Source: Stellaceae bacterium (lineage in GTDB: Bacteria; Pseudomonadota; Alphaproteobacteria; ATCC43930; CGMCC-115725). From it: a DNA stretch of 64,000 nucleotides. Below, piece after piece: positions 29,088 through 38,317 of this stretch (the first letter of the stretch is position 1; each line of letters opens with the position of its first letter). A program made the translations under genes and the position numbers. The stretch lies in NCBI GenBank assembly GCA_035533255.1, contig DATLUE010000028.1, positions 59 to 64,058 on the forward strand, written 5' to 3'. A model generated the notes under the pieces. It had not been told where the DNA came from and searched no databases. It saw only the letters and a program-made list of their open reading frames with translations.

Positions 29088-30221
29088 TCACACGATCGCG
29101 GCGTGGATGCAATTGCTGATGAGCTCCAGCCGGCGCGAATGCCACGGGTCGGGCAGCTTGCTGTTCGAGATATAGGCGAAGCTGGTGCCCGAATCGGGAT
29201 CAGCCCAGCAATAGGAGCTGCCGACGCCGCCATGCCCGAAAGTGCCGGGATGGGCGATCGAGCCGAGGCCGCGGATGACGTCGCCGATCCCGCGCGAATG
29301 CGGGCCGAGGCCGCGATGCATCGCGATCTCGCCCATGCCGGCGTCGGGACGCTCGGCGGTGAAGTTGCGCGTGACATATTGCACCATGCGCGGCGAGAGG
29401 ATGCGCTTGCCGTGAAGTGTCCCGCCCGCGAGCAGCATCTGGTAGAACGCCGCCATCGCTCGCGCCGTGGCAAAGCCGCCGCCCGAGGGAATGCCGGCGC
29501 GGCGGAACGCGATCGTGTTCTCGGCCTCGATCAGCTTGTGGCTCTTGCCGTCGGGCGCGGGCTCGTACATCTCGGCGCAGCGGGTTTGGTCTTGCTCGTC
29601 GATGCCGACATACAGCTCGCTGCCGAGGCCGAGGGGCTCGATGATGCGGCTCCTGATGAAGGCGCGGAAATCCATTTTGGTGAGCGCCTCGATCGCCAGC
29701 GCCAGCACCCAATGCGCCGAATAGCTGTGGTAGTGGAGCCGCGATCCCGGCGTCCATTCGAGCGTGTAGTCGCTGACCAGCCGCTTCAAAAGCTGATGGT
29801 CCTCCCAGGATTCGGGCGGCATGACCGGCGCGTTGGGAAAGCCGGCCTGATGCGTCAGCACCTGAAGGATGGTGATCCCGCCCTTGCCGTTGCGCGCGAA
29901 TTCCGGGATGTGCTCGGCGACACGATCGTTGAAGCTCAAGAGCCCGTCCTCGACCAGCAGCCAGATCGCCGCGGCGGTGATGACCTTGGTGTTGGAATAG
30001 AGCCGCCACAGCGTCTCGTCGCGCGCCGGCAGGGCAGGCGCGATGCGCGCGAGGCCATAATTGCGCGTGAAGGCGAGCTTGCCGTGGCGCGCGATCGCGA
30101 CTTGCGCGCCGGGATAGCGGCCGTCGGCGATATGGCGCTCGATGAGACCGTTCATGCGCTCGATCTGCTCGAGCCGCAACCCGGCAGCGGCGGGATCGAC
30201 GGTTTCCAGGACGAAGCTCAT
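29088..30221 (-). CDS. serine hydrolase (beta-lactamase/esterase family)
   Basis: 377 aa. S-x-x-K motif in LYSNTKVITAAA. Class C / EstB-like length. Confidence 0.85.
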   Translation of the reverse strand: MSFVLETVDPAAAGLRLEQIERMNGLIERHIADGRYPGAQVAIARHGKLAFTRNYGLARIAPALPARDETLWRLYSNTKVITAAAIWLLVEDGLLSFNDRVAEHIPEFARNGKGGITILQVLTHQAGFPNAPVMPPESWEDHQLLKRLVSDYTLEWTPGSRLHYHSYSAHWVLALAIEALTKMDFRAFIRSRIIEPLGLGSELYVGIDEQDQTRCAEMYEPAPDGKSHKLIEAENTIAFRRAGIPSGGGFATARAMAAFYQMLLAGGTLHGKRILSPRMVQYVTRNFTAERPDAGMGEIAMHRGLGPHSRGIGDVIRGLGSIAHPGTFGHGGVGSSYCWADPDSGTSFAYISNSKLPDPWHSRRLELISNCIHAAIV

Positions 30222-30289
30222 GCGCGCATCTCCTTGGCAGGACGAAAGTTACTTTAACAAACGTCGCGCCGCCACGATACTGCGCCGCC

Positions 30290-31456
30290 ATGCTCGCTCC
30301 CCTCTTCACCGATCGCCGCCGTATCGCCGTCATCCTGTGCGGGCTGTGCTCGTTCCTCGATCTGTGGGCGACGCAATCGCTGCTGCCGCTGCTTGCGGAC
30401 CGGCTTCACGCGAGCCCGGTCGCGGTGAGCTTTACGGTCAGCATGCCGCCGCTGGCGATCGCGCTGGTCGCGCCCTGGACCGGAATTATCGCCGATGTCT
30501 TCGGGCGCAAGCGCGTCATCGTCGCGGCGATGTTCGCGCTGGTGGTGCCGACGGTGATGGTCGGATTTGCGACGACCCTCGGCGCAATCATCGTCTGGCG
30601 CTTCGTGCAAGGGCTGTTCGTGCCGTCGCTGTTCGCGACCACGGTCGCCTATATCGCCGATGAATGCCCGCCGGGCGAGGCGACCGCCATCACCGGGCTC
30701 TATACCGCGGCGGGCGTGTTCGGCGGTTTCCTGAGCCGGTTCCTGACGGCGTTCCTCGCCGCGCATTGGGGCTGGCGCGCCGCGTTTCTCGGCCTCGCTT
30801 TGCTGACTCTGTGCCTGGCGGTCGGCGTCGTGCTGACGATGCCGGCCGAGCGCGGCTTCAAGCGCTCGACCTCGCTGATCGGCTCGACCGCCGAGATGAT
30901 GCAGCATTTTCGCGACAGCCGGCTGGTCGCGACCTACAGCGTCGGCTTCTGCGCGCTGTTCACTTTCGTGACGATCTTCACCTTCGTCGGGTTTCGCCTC
31001 GCGGCGCCGCCTTACCGGCTTTCGACCGCGGCGCTGGGCGCGATTTTCGTGACGTATCTCGCCGGCGTCGTCACGACGCCGCTGATCGGGCGCGGCGTCG
31101 CCTGGCTCGGGCGGCGGCGCATGGTTCTGATTGCGCTGGCGATCTGGGCTGGCGGGCTCGTGCTGACGCTGCTGCCGAGCATGATCGCGATCATCGCCGG
31201 GCTGATGATCGCCGCCGCTTTCGGCTTTGCCTGCCAGGCCGCCTCGACCAGCTATGTCGCGCTGACCGCGCAGCGGGCGCGCTCCTCCGCGGTCGGGCTT
31301 TACGTCACGTTCTATTATCTTGGCGGCAGCGTTGGCGGCGTGATCGCGGGCCTCGCCTGGACCTTCGCCGGCTGGCCCGGTTGCGTCGCCGCCGCGCTTG
31401 CCGTGCTTGGCATCGTCGCGCTGGTGGTGCGGCGTTATTGGGAAAAGGCTGCTTAG
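30290..31456 (+). CDS. MFS transporter
   Basis: 388 aa, about 12 TM. The loop ADVFGRKRV is MFS motif A-like. Confidence 0.85.
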   Translation: MLAPLFTDRRRIAVILCGLCSFLDLWATQSLLPLLADRLHASPVAVSFTVSMPPLAIALVAPWTGIIADVFGRKRVIVAAMFALVVPTVMVGFATTLGAIIVWRFVQGLFVPSLFATTVAYIADECPPGEATAITGLYTAAGVFGGFLSRFLTAFLAAHWGWRAAFLGLALLTLCLAVGVVLTMPAERGFKRSTSLIGSTAEMMQHFRDSRLVATYSVGFCALFTFVTIFTFVGFRLAAPPYRLSTAALGAIFVTYLAGVVTTPLIGRGVAWLGRRRMVLIALAIWAGGLVLTLLPSMIAIIAGLMIAAAFGFACQAASTSYVALTAQRARSSAVGLYVTFYYLGGSVGGVIAGLAWTFAGWPGCVAAALAVLGIVALVVRRYWEKAA

Positions 31457-31513
31457 TGGAGCGACTGTCGATTGAAAGACATCAACAACATTCAGTTCTG
31501 CCAATCGGCAAAG

Positions 31514-32821
31514 TCAGTTCCAGTGCCACTTCCGGCACCGTTCGATTTCTTCGGCGAAGAGTTTTCGCTGCATCGCGAGATCCGCGTTTCCACGACCAAT
31601 TTCGTCGTAATAGCCCTTGCCCGGCAATCTCGTCTCCTTGTTGATGACGAGACACATCAACAAGGGCTCGCCGGTCGTTCTATTTTGAATCGCTAATTGA
31701 TTCAGAGCGCGCGTCAGCGATGATCCGAAGCCCCGGGTCCAGCGCTGCGCGAACACCTCTGCGACTTCGCCGTAGGCGATGGGCGCAGCTTTGCGCGCAC
31801 GGGCGATCAGGAGCGTTCTTAATATCTCCAGATCGACGAGGGCTGGCCCCGTCGCACGTTCGCGCGAACGCTTAATTACCGTATCGGGCCTTCCCGGGTG
31901 TCGATAATCCGCGTGCGCGACAGGCAGCGGCGGGAGTAGGAGACGGGCGAGGGCTGATCCGTTCTTCATCATCCAGGGTCGATCGACGGCAATGTCCCGT
32001 TCCGTAGCGGCCTTGACTAACAACGCACGGGTCTGCGGCAATGTGATCGTGGCCATGTAGCCTGTTCGCTCGTCGCCGATGACGAGCATTTGCTCGCGTG
32101 GGCCGCGCCGCCAAGCCAATGCGATCAATAGACAGATTGCCGCATCGAGCCGATCCTGATCGGCCTTGACCGGCTTCGGCAAAACCACCTGCGTTTCGAC
32201 CCAGGCGGCGAGGTCAGTAGCCCCCAGACCGCGGGCGAACTTCCCTACGGCGGAAGCGACCATCTGCCAGTCAGCCAAAGCAAAATTCGATGCCGCAGGG
32301 TTGTACTTGGCCGCACGGTGTCGTCGCCAGATCTCGGGGACGATGGCCGACAGCGCTAGCGCAGGAAAAACCTCGATGACGAAACGTCCGATGCCGGCAT
32401 CTCGGGCGACAAAGGGGTTCTCGATTGCACCAACAGCCCCAAGAAAGCGCCAGATCGGGGCACCTTCGCCGAACATGAGAGCGCCGGTTCCACCGCGACG
32501 TGCGGGCTGTACCCCGCCCCCGAGGCTCGATACGAGGCTGCCTGCTACGCGGTCGACAGGCCGACAACCGGAATCGTTGGGGACGATCGTGGGTTGGTCG
32601 ATAGCGAGCAAGGTATACGCGGCCTCGGACGTCCATTCGTTGACGAGCTTCAGCGCGACATCGAATGTTGCGAGCGTGGGCGGATAGAAGATGGGCGATT
32701 CTGGGTCTCGGCTAACGTAAGCAGTGATCGCGCCGGGCTTTTGTTTGTTATCGGTCCACGCTGAGTCGAAACCAATGAGAACCTCGCACTCGCTCGGAGT
32801 CTTGTCTCCCTGGGCAATCAT
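31514..32821 (-). CDS. DUF429-like (RNase H-fold) protein fused to a C-terminal winged-helix-like domain
   Basis: 435 aa. The N-terminal roughly 250 aa has GFDSAW, EVFPALAL and DRLDAAICLLIALAW blocks, as recalled for DUF429. The C-terminal roughly 100 aa (..IAYGEVAEV..PLLMCLVINKETRLPGKGYY) resembles MGMT/ATL-type DNA-binding folds. Lower G+C than its neighbours. Confidence 0.62.
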   Translation of the reverse strand: MIAQGDKTPSECEVLIGFDSAWTDNKQKPGAITAYVSRDPESPIFYPPTLATFDVALKLVNEWTSEAAYTLLAIDQPTIVPNDSGCRPVDRVAGSLVSSLGGGVQPARRGGTGALMFGEGAPIWRFLGAVGAIENPFVARDAGIGRFVIEVFPALALSAIVPEIWRRHRAAKYNPAASNFALADWQMVASAVGKFARGLGATDLAAWVETQVVLPKPVKADQDRLDAAICLLIALAWRRGPREQMLVIGDERTGYMATITLPQTRALLVKAATERDIAVDRPWMMKNGSALARLLLPPLPVAHADYRHPGRPDTVIKRSRERATGPALVDLEILRTLLIARARKAAPIAYGEVAEVFAQRWTRGFGSSLTRALNQLAIQNRTTGEPLLMCLVINKETRLPGKGYYDEIGRGNADLAMQRKLFAEEIERCRKWHWN

Positions 32822-32836
32822 GGCCTTCGAGCCGGC

Positions 32837-33571
32837 CTAGCGTCCGCCGGTCACGTCGAGCACCGTGCCGGCGATGTAGGACGCTTCATCCGACAGCAGA
32901 TAGAGGATCGCGCTTGCGACTTCCTCGGCTTTGCCGGCGCGCTTCATCGGCAAATTGGGTCCGACTCGCGCGACCCGGCCTTCCGGCTGGATTTCGGTAT
33001 CGATGACGCCGGGGCTGACCGCGTTGACGCGGATGCCCTCGGCGACCAGCTCCTGTGCGAGGCCGAAGGTCAGGCTGTCGATCGCGCCCTTGCTCGCGGC
33101 ATAGGGCACGGTTTCGCCGGCGCCGCCGATCCGCGCCGCCGCCGAGGAAAGGTTCACGATCGCACCGCCCTTGCCGCCGTACTTGGTCGACATGCGCTTG
33201 ATCGCCTCGCGGCAGCAGATCAGCGTGCCGGTGACGTTGATGGCGAAGAGCCGCGCGAGGCCAGGGGCATCCACCGCCTCGATCCGGCCATGCGGCCCGA
33301 TGATGCCGGCGCTGTTGACCAGGCCGTCGAGCCGGCCGAAATCGCGATCGACCGCGGCAAAAAGCGCAACGACCGCATCGTCGTCGGCAATGTCGGCGGC
33401 ATAGGCGATGGCCTTGCCGCCGGCGTGCGCGATCGCGGCGGCCACCTGCTCGGCGCGGGCGCGATTGTCGCGGTAATTGATCGCGATTTCCCAGCCGGCG
33501 CGCGCGGCGGCGAGGGCGGTGGCGGCGCCGATGCCGCGACCGCCGCCGGTGACGAGCAGCGTCTTGCCCAT
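32837..33571 (-). CDS. SDR-family oxidoreductase
   Basis: 244 aa. TGGGRGIG and YAASKGA motifs. Confidence 0.9.
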   Translation of the reverse strand: MGKTLLVTGGGRGIGAATALAAARAGWEIAINYRDNRARAEQVAAAIAHAGGKAIAYAADIADDDAVVALFAAVDRDFGRLDGLVNSAGIIGPHGRIEAVDAPGLARLFAINVTGTLICCREAIKRMSTKYGGKGGAIVNLSSAAARIGGAGETVPYAASKGAIDSLTFGLAQELVAEGIRVNAVSPGVIDTEIQPEGRVARVGPNLPMKRAGKAEEVASAILYLLSDEASYIAGTVLDVTGGR

Positions 33572-33572
33572 G

Positions 33573-33887
33573 TCAGGCCTTCGCCGCCGCGTCGATCCAT
33601 TCGATATGCGCGCGGATCGTCTTCTGCTGCTCGTCGACCCAGCCGTATTTCTTTGCCACCGCGATCATCGCGGTGAGGCCGTCCTGCCATGCCGCGGCGG
33701 CGTCGCGGCCGCGCAGCCACGCCTCGCTCACCCAGCCGTGTCCGTCGCGGTCGATGGTCGCGATGCCCGTCAAGGCGGCTGCGACCTTTTCATCGCCGCG
33801 CGCCGCATCGATGACCAGCTTGAAATGCTTGAAATCCTCGCTCTCCGCGAGCGCGACCGCAAAATCTTTCGTGACGTGGATGAACAT
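33573..33887 (-). CDS. hypothetical protein (104 aa)
   Basis: Start MFIHVTKDF inside track ORF 33573-34079. The stop lies 1 nt before the SDR ATG. No family recognised. Confidence 0.5.
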   Translation of the reverse strand: MFIHVTKDFAVALAESEDFKHFKLVIDAARGDEKVAAALTGIATIDRDGHGWVSEAWLRGRDAAAAWQDGLTAMIAVAKKYGWVDEQQKTIRAHIEWIDAAAKA

Positions 33888-33954
33888 GAACCTGCCTCGC
33901 TGATGCGTGGCCGCGAGATTAGGACCTTGCCGCGGGCGATGGTAGATTCGCTTT

Positions 33955-34788
33955 ATGCGAAACACGTTCCGCGGATTCTGCCTTGCCGCGATCTGGTTGG
34001 CGGCGGCCGCGGCGGCGCATGCCTCGCCCTGGAGCGACCAGCAGACGCCGTCGCCCGGTCCCGCGCGCTCGATCGGCAAGACCGCCGCGGGGTGCCTCGC
34101 CGGCGCCGAGGCCTTGCCGCTCGATGGGCCGGGCTTCCAGGCGATCCGCCTCAGTCGCAGCCGCTATTTCGGCCATCCCGAGACCGTCTCCTTCATTGAA
34201 GCGCTGGGGCGCGCAGCCGCGGCGGCTTCGCTGGCGCCGCTCTATGTCGGCGACATGTCGCAGCCGCGCGGCGGACCGATGCCGAACGGCCATGCCAGCC
34301 ATCAGAGCGGCATCGATGTCGATATCTGGTTCAACCTCGACCCGAAGCCGGTGCTGGCGCCGGCGGCGCGCGAGGATGTGCCGCTGCCCTCGATGCTGAC
34401 GGCGGACGGCAAGGCGATCGACCCGGCGCATTTCGACCGGCGGCAAGTGACGCTGCTGCGGCTCGCCGCCAGCGATCCGCTGGTCGACCGCATGTTCGTC
34501 AATCCGGCGATCAAGCGCGCGTTGTGTCGCGGCGTCGATGGCGCGGCCGAGGGCGACCGAAGCTGGCTGCATCGCATCCGGCCGTGGTACGGGCATGAGG
34601 CGCATTTCCATGTCCGGCTGCGCTGCCCGGCGGATTCGCCCGATTGCGTGACCCAGGCGCCGGTGCCGCCGGGCGACGGCTGCGACGCCTCGCTCGCTTG
34701 GTGGTTCGAGCCCCATCCGCCGACCCCAGCGACGCCCGCGCACACGCCGATCCTGCCTGCGGCGTGTCGCAAGCTCATCCAACGCTGA
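33955..34788 (+). CDS. mepA: penicillin-insensitive murein endopeptidase
   Basis: 277 aa with a signal peptide. RYFGHPE, GGPMPNGHASHQSGIDVDIW and GHEAHFHVRL motifs. Confidence 0.9.
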   Translation: MRNTFRGFCLAAIWLAAAAAAHASPWSDQQTPSPGPARSIGKTAAGCLAGAEALPLDGPGFQAIRLSRSRYFGHPETVSFIEALGRAAAAASLAPLYVGDMSQPRGGPMPNGHASHQSGIDVDIWFNLDPKPVLAPAAREDVPLPSMLTADGKAIDPAHFDRRQVTLLRLAASDPLVDRMFVNPAIKRALCRGVDGAAEGDRSWLHRIRPWYGHEAHFHVRLRCPADSPDCVTQAPVPPGDGCDASLAWWFEPHPPTPATPAHTPILPAACRKLIQR

Positions 34789-35015
34789 GCCGGCAGCGCC
34801 GGAAAATCTGCCAACCCGTCCCGGGCGCTGACACCGACGCGCGCGGATTGGGGCGCGCTTTACGCATCGTGGAAGTAAATATTTCCATATTACTTCGTGG
34901 CGAAGGAAACATTAAGTAATAATCATTAAATATCTTGCGAGTTCTTCTCTTCATAAATATAAATCATGGTTAACGCGGGTCCGCCCCGCGCGGATTGCGA
35001 TCAGTGGAGGATGGC

Positions 35016-36152
35016 ATGAGGTTGGGTCGCGCTTTGGCACTCGGCATCGCTTGGTCGGCGCTCGCGGTCGCGAGCGGTCACGCGCAGGGCTTCGGCTCGG
35101 ACGAGCCCTATACCGGCCCCAACGGCCTCTATCTGCGCGGCGAGGGCGGCTTGTCGCACCTCAACAACGAGAAGGGCGAAGGGGTCGGCAACGGCGCCTC
35201 GACGCTCAATTTCGATTCGCGCGAGGACCTCGGCTACATGGCCGGCGGTGCGGCCGGTTGGAAATTCGGCCAGCTCCGCGCCGAGCTCGGCCTTGATTTC
35301 TCCGGCTATCGCGCCGACACGATCGGCATCAACAACGATGGCGGCTTGGGCGCGCGGCTGCACAGCGGCTCGCTCAGCGGCGTCAGCTCCAGCCCCTCCG
35401 GCAGCGTTCACGTCTTCGACGCGATGGTGAACGGCTATTGGGATCTGCGCACCGGCACGCCGTTCGTGCCCTATATCGGTATCGGCGTCGGTGCCGCGCG
35501 CGCGAGCCTCGACAATTTCTCGGTCGGCGGCAAGCCGCTGAGCAACAGCAGCGACATCGTCTTCGCCTACCAGCCGATGGTGGGCGTGCGCTATCACCTC
35601 ACCGACAATATCGCCCTCGGCCTCGAATATCGCTATTTCGCGACCGTGCAGCCGACCTTCAAGGATGCCTCGGGCACGCGGTTCCACGGCCGCATCGAGA
35701 ACCACAATTTGCTGGCGAGCTTCTCCTACTTCTTCGGCGCGGCGCCCGCCGCGCCCGCGCCGCAACCGATTCCGGCAGCCGCGCCGGCGCCGATAGTGGT
35801 TGCACCGCCGCCGCCGCCCGCGTCGCATACTTTTATCGTCTATTTCGATCTCGGCCGCGCGACCCTCTCGCGGCAAGGCCGGCGCGTCGCCGATACCGCC
35901 ATTGCCGCCTTCCGGCAGAGCAATGCGAGCCATATCGAGATTGCCGGCTTTACCGACGCCTCAGGCTCGGCCCGCTACGACGAGGCGCTGTCGCATCGCC
36001 GCGCGGAGACCGTGCGCGACTACCTGGCGGCGCGCGGCGTGCCGCCCGGCGACATCGCGATGTCGTGGCATGGCAAGGGCGATCCGCGCGTGCCGACGCG
36101 GGATGGCGCGCGCGAGCAGCAAAACCGCCGCGTGGAAATCGATATCCCCTGA
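35016..36152 (+). CDS. OmpA-family outer-membrane protein (beta-barrel + Pro-rich linker + OmpA domain)
   Basis: 378 aa from ATG 35016 (GGAGGA at 35006-35011). Has a signal peptide and a Pro/Ala linker. The C-terminus has GFTDASGS..YDEALSHRRAETV and NRRVEI. Confidence 0.85.
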   Translation: MRLGRALALGIAWSALAVASGHAQGFGSDEPYTGPNGLYLRGEGGLSHLNNEKGEGVGNGASTLNFDSREDLGYMAGGAAGWKFGQLRAELGLDFSGYRADTIGINNDGGLGARLHSGSLSGVSSSPSGSVHVFDAMVNGYWDLRTGTPFVPYIGIGVGAARASLDNFSVGGKPLSNSSDIVFAYQPMVGVRYHLTDNIALGLEYRYFATVQPTFKDASGTRFHGRIENHNLLASFSYFFGAAPAAPAPQPIPAAAPAPIVVAPPPPPASHTFIVYFDLGRATLSRQGRRVADTAIAAFRQSNASHIEIAGFTDASGSARYDEALSHRRAETVRDYLAARGVPPGDIAMSWHGKGDPRVPTRDGAREQQNRRVEIDIP

Positions 36153-36182
36153 ATGCGGTTGCGTCGCCGCGTGGAGAAAAAA

Positions 36183-36214
36183 GAGGCCCGGTATTCCCGG
36201 GCCTCGCTTTTTTC
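36183..36214 (+). terminator. rho-independent terminator
   Basis: GAGGCCCGG (36183-36191), loop TATTC, CCGGGCCTC (36197-36205), then GCTTTTTT. Lies 31 nt after the OmpA-family stop. Confidence 0.8.
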
Positions 36215-36257
36215 GAATAACCGATCGCTTTAACGATAGCGCTCGCGGTGTTGGTGC

Positions 36258-36422
36258 TTATTTCGCCGAAATCATCTCGGCATTGCGCAGCCGCCGCGCC
36301 ACCATCTTGCGCATCAATTTACGCCGCAGGAATTCGCGCGTGTTGATGCGGCCGCCATCGACAACGGCCATGCTAAAACTCGGCGTGCCGGGAAAGCGAG
36401 CCATTTTCATTTTGTCGTCCAT
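36258..36422 (-). CDS. possible small basic protein (54 aa)
   Basis: MDDKMKMARFPGTPSF..RRKLMRKMVARRLRNAEMISAK. AGGAGG lies 6 nt upstream of ATG 36422. No family recognised. Confidence 0.45.
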   Translation of the reverse strand: MDDKMKMARFPGTPSFSMAVVDGGRINTREFLRRKLMRKMVARRLRNAEMISAK

Positions 36423-36789
36423 GAGGCGCCTCCTGGTTTTTGTTAGGCGGGAGCGTGCCAATCTTGGCGAAAAAGCACAAGTCCCTTTCCGTCCAAACCC
36501 GCTAAAAATCATCAATTTGCCATCATTCCCCGTATGTTGCGCTGCGGTAAGAAGGAAAGGAAATCTAAAACAATTAGTTATGTGATTTGGCGGAAGTGAT
36601 ATTACGCCTTTTGGCGATATCCCGCGCCAACCGCACCAAGAGTCCTCTTAACTCGGCCTCCGGACCCGGTTCTTTTCCGCTATCACGGCGGGGCGCGAAG
36701 GACCGATGGCCGGATGAAAGGCCGATGGATGAGAAACCGCCCGCGGCGCATACTCTTCGTCATTTTCCCCCTCACTGCTGGAGAGACCC

Positions 36790-37569
36790 TTGGACGACGA
36801 GCTGCTTTACGAGGTGAAGGACGGCATCGCCCGCGTCACCTTCAATCGGCCGCAAGCGCGCAACGCGTTCACCTTCGCGATGTACGAGCGCTTGGCCGAG
36901 ATCTGCAATGGCGCCGAGGCCGACCGCTCGATCAGGGCGATGGTGCTGACCGGCACCGGCGACAAAGCCTTCGCCTCGGGCACCGACATCGCGCAATTCA
37001 AGGCGTTCAAGACCGCCGAGGACGCGATCGCCTATGAGGGACGCATCGATCGCGTGGTCGGCGCGCTTGAGCATTGCCGCGTGCCGACGATCGCGGCGAT
37101 CGCCGGCGCCTGCACGGGCGGCGGCGGCGCGATTGCGGCGGCGTGCGATCTGCGCATCGCGGCGGCGAATGCGCGCTTCGGCTTTCCGGTGGCGCGCACG
37201 CTCGGCAATTGCCTGTCGATGGGAAATTACGCGCGGCTGGCGGCGCTGATCGGCGTCGCGCGCACCAAGGAGATCATCTTCACCGCCCGGCTGGTCGAGG
37301 CCGAGGAGGCGCGCAGCATCGGCCTCGTGAGCGAGGTGCTGCCCGACCACGCCGCGCTGATGGCGCGCGCCGACGAATTGGCGAAGCACGTCGCGAGTCT
37401 GGCGCCGCTGACCTTGCGCGCGACCAAGGAAGCGCTCCATCGCCTGATGGCGCGTATCCCGCCCGGCGAGGGCCAGGACCTCATCCTCATGTGCTATATG
37501 AGCAAGGATTTTCGCGAAGGCATGGACGCCTTCCTCAACAAGCGCCCACCGCAATGGCAGGGCGAATGA
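36790..37569 (+). CDS. enoyl-CoA hydratase/isomerase family protein
   Basis: 259 aa, TTG start after GGAGAG. ARVTFNRPQARNA and GACTGGG (oxyanion-hole context). Confidence 0.9.
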   Translation: MDDELLYEVKDGIARVTFNRPQARNAFTFAMYERLAEICNGAEADRSIRAMVLTGTGDKAFASGTDIAQFKAFKTAEDAIAYEGRIDRVVGALEHCRVPTIAAIAGACTGGGGAIAAACDLRIAAANARFGFPVARTLGNCLSMGNYARLAALIGVARTKEIIFTARLVEAEEARSIGLVSEVLPDHAALMARADELAKHVASLAPLTLRATKEALHRLMARIPPGEGQDLILMCYMSKDFREGMDAFLNKRPPQWQGE

Positions 37570-37572
37570 TCC

Positions 37573-38187
37573 TCAGAGGCTGATCTTCTCGTCCGCGACG
37601 ACGCGCTGCACGGCGGGACGTTGCAGCATGCGGTCCTTGAAGGCGGTGTAGCTCTTCATCTCCTGCATCGGGATCTCGCGCCGCACGCCCCAGGTATAGA
37701 GCACGAAGGCGTAGGGATCGGCGACCGAGTATTGGTCGAACAGCCAGTCCTTGCCGGCATACATGCCGTCGATCTCTCGCAGATAGCCGTCGAAGACCTT
37801 CTTCCCGGTCGCTTTGAGGTTCTCGTGGGTCGCGGGATCGCTGGCATAGCGCTCGGGCCGGCCGATATGCGCCTGGGCGGGATGGACGCTCGAGGCCACC
37901 CAGCCGATGAAGGACATCATCTTCGCCTCGGCGATCGGGTCGCTGGTCCAGAGGCCGAAGCGCTTGCCGAGGAATGGCAGGATCGCCGTGTTCTCGGAGA
38001 TGAACTCGCCATTATCGAGGCCGAGCGCGGGCACGCGGGCGTGCGGATTGATCTTGAGATACTCGGCGGAGCGCTGCTCGCCCTTGCCGAGGTCGACGCG
38101 GCGGCCGGTGTATTTCTCGCCGCTTTCCTCGAGCACGATATGCGAGGCCATGGAGCAGGCGCCGGGGCAATAGCACAGGGTCAGCAT
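37573..38187 (-). CDS. glutathione S-transferase
   Basis: 204 aa. N-terminal thioredoxin-like fold with INPHARVPAL and the SENTAIL serine motif. Confidence 0.88.
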   Translation of the reverse strand: MLTLCYCPGACSMASHIVLEESGEKYTGRRVDLGKGEQRSAEYLKINPHARVPALGLDNGEFISENTAILPFLGKRFGLWTSDPIAEAKMMSFIGWVASSVHPAQAHIGRPERYASDPATHENLKATGKKVFDGYLREIDGMYAGKDWLFDQYSVADPYAFVLYTWGVRREIPMQEMKSYTAFKDRMLQRPAVQRVVADEKISL

Positions 38188-38317
38188 GTCATCCTCCCGT
38201 GATGAGATGCGCCATCTTCGGCCGCGACCGCATGCTTGTCTATGGGCCGGCGTTCACGGCAGGAATGCTTCGGAGCGGTCCTTGTCGGCTGCTCCTGCCG
38301 GCTCCGCGATTTGGAAA

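Noticed and set aside
34840-34997. An 11-nt direct repeat CGCGCGGATTG flanking the AT-rich segment upstream of the OmpA-family gene, considered as a possible insertion scar.
   Set aside because: In 64 kb, hundreds of 11-mer repeats are expected by chance (about N squared / 2 / 4^11), and more in G+C-biased DNA. No terminal inverted repeats were seen.
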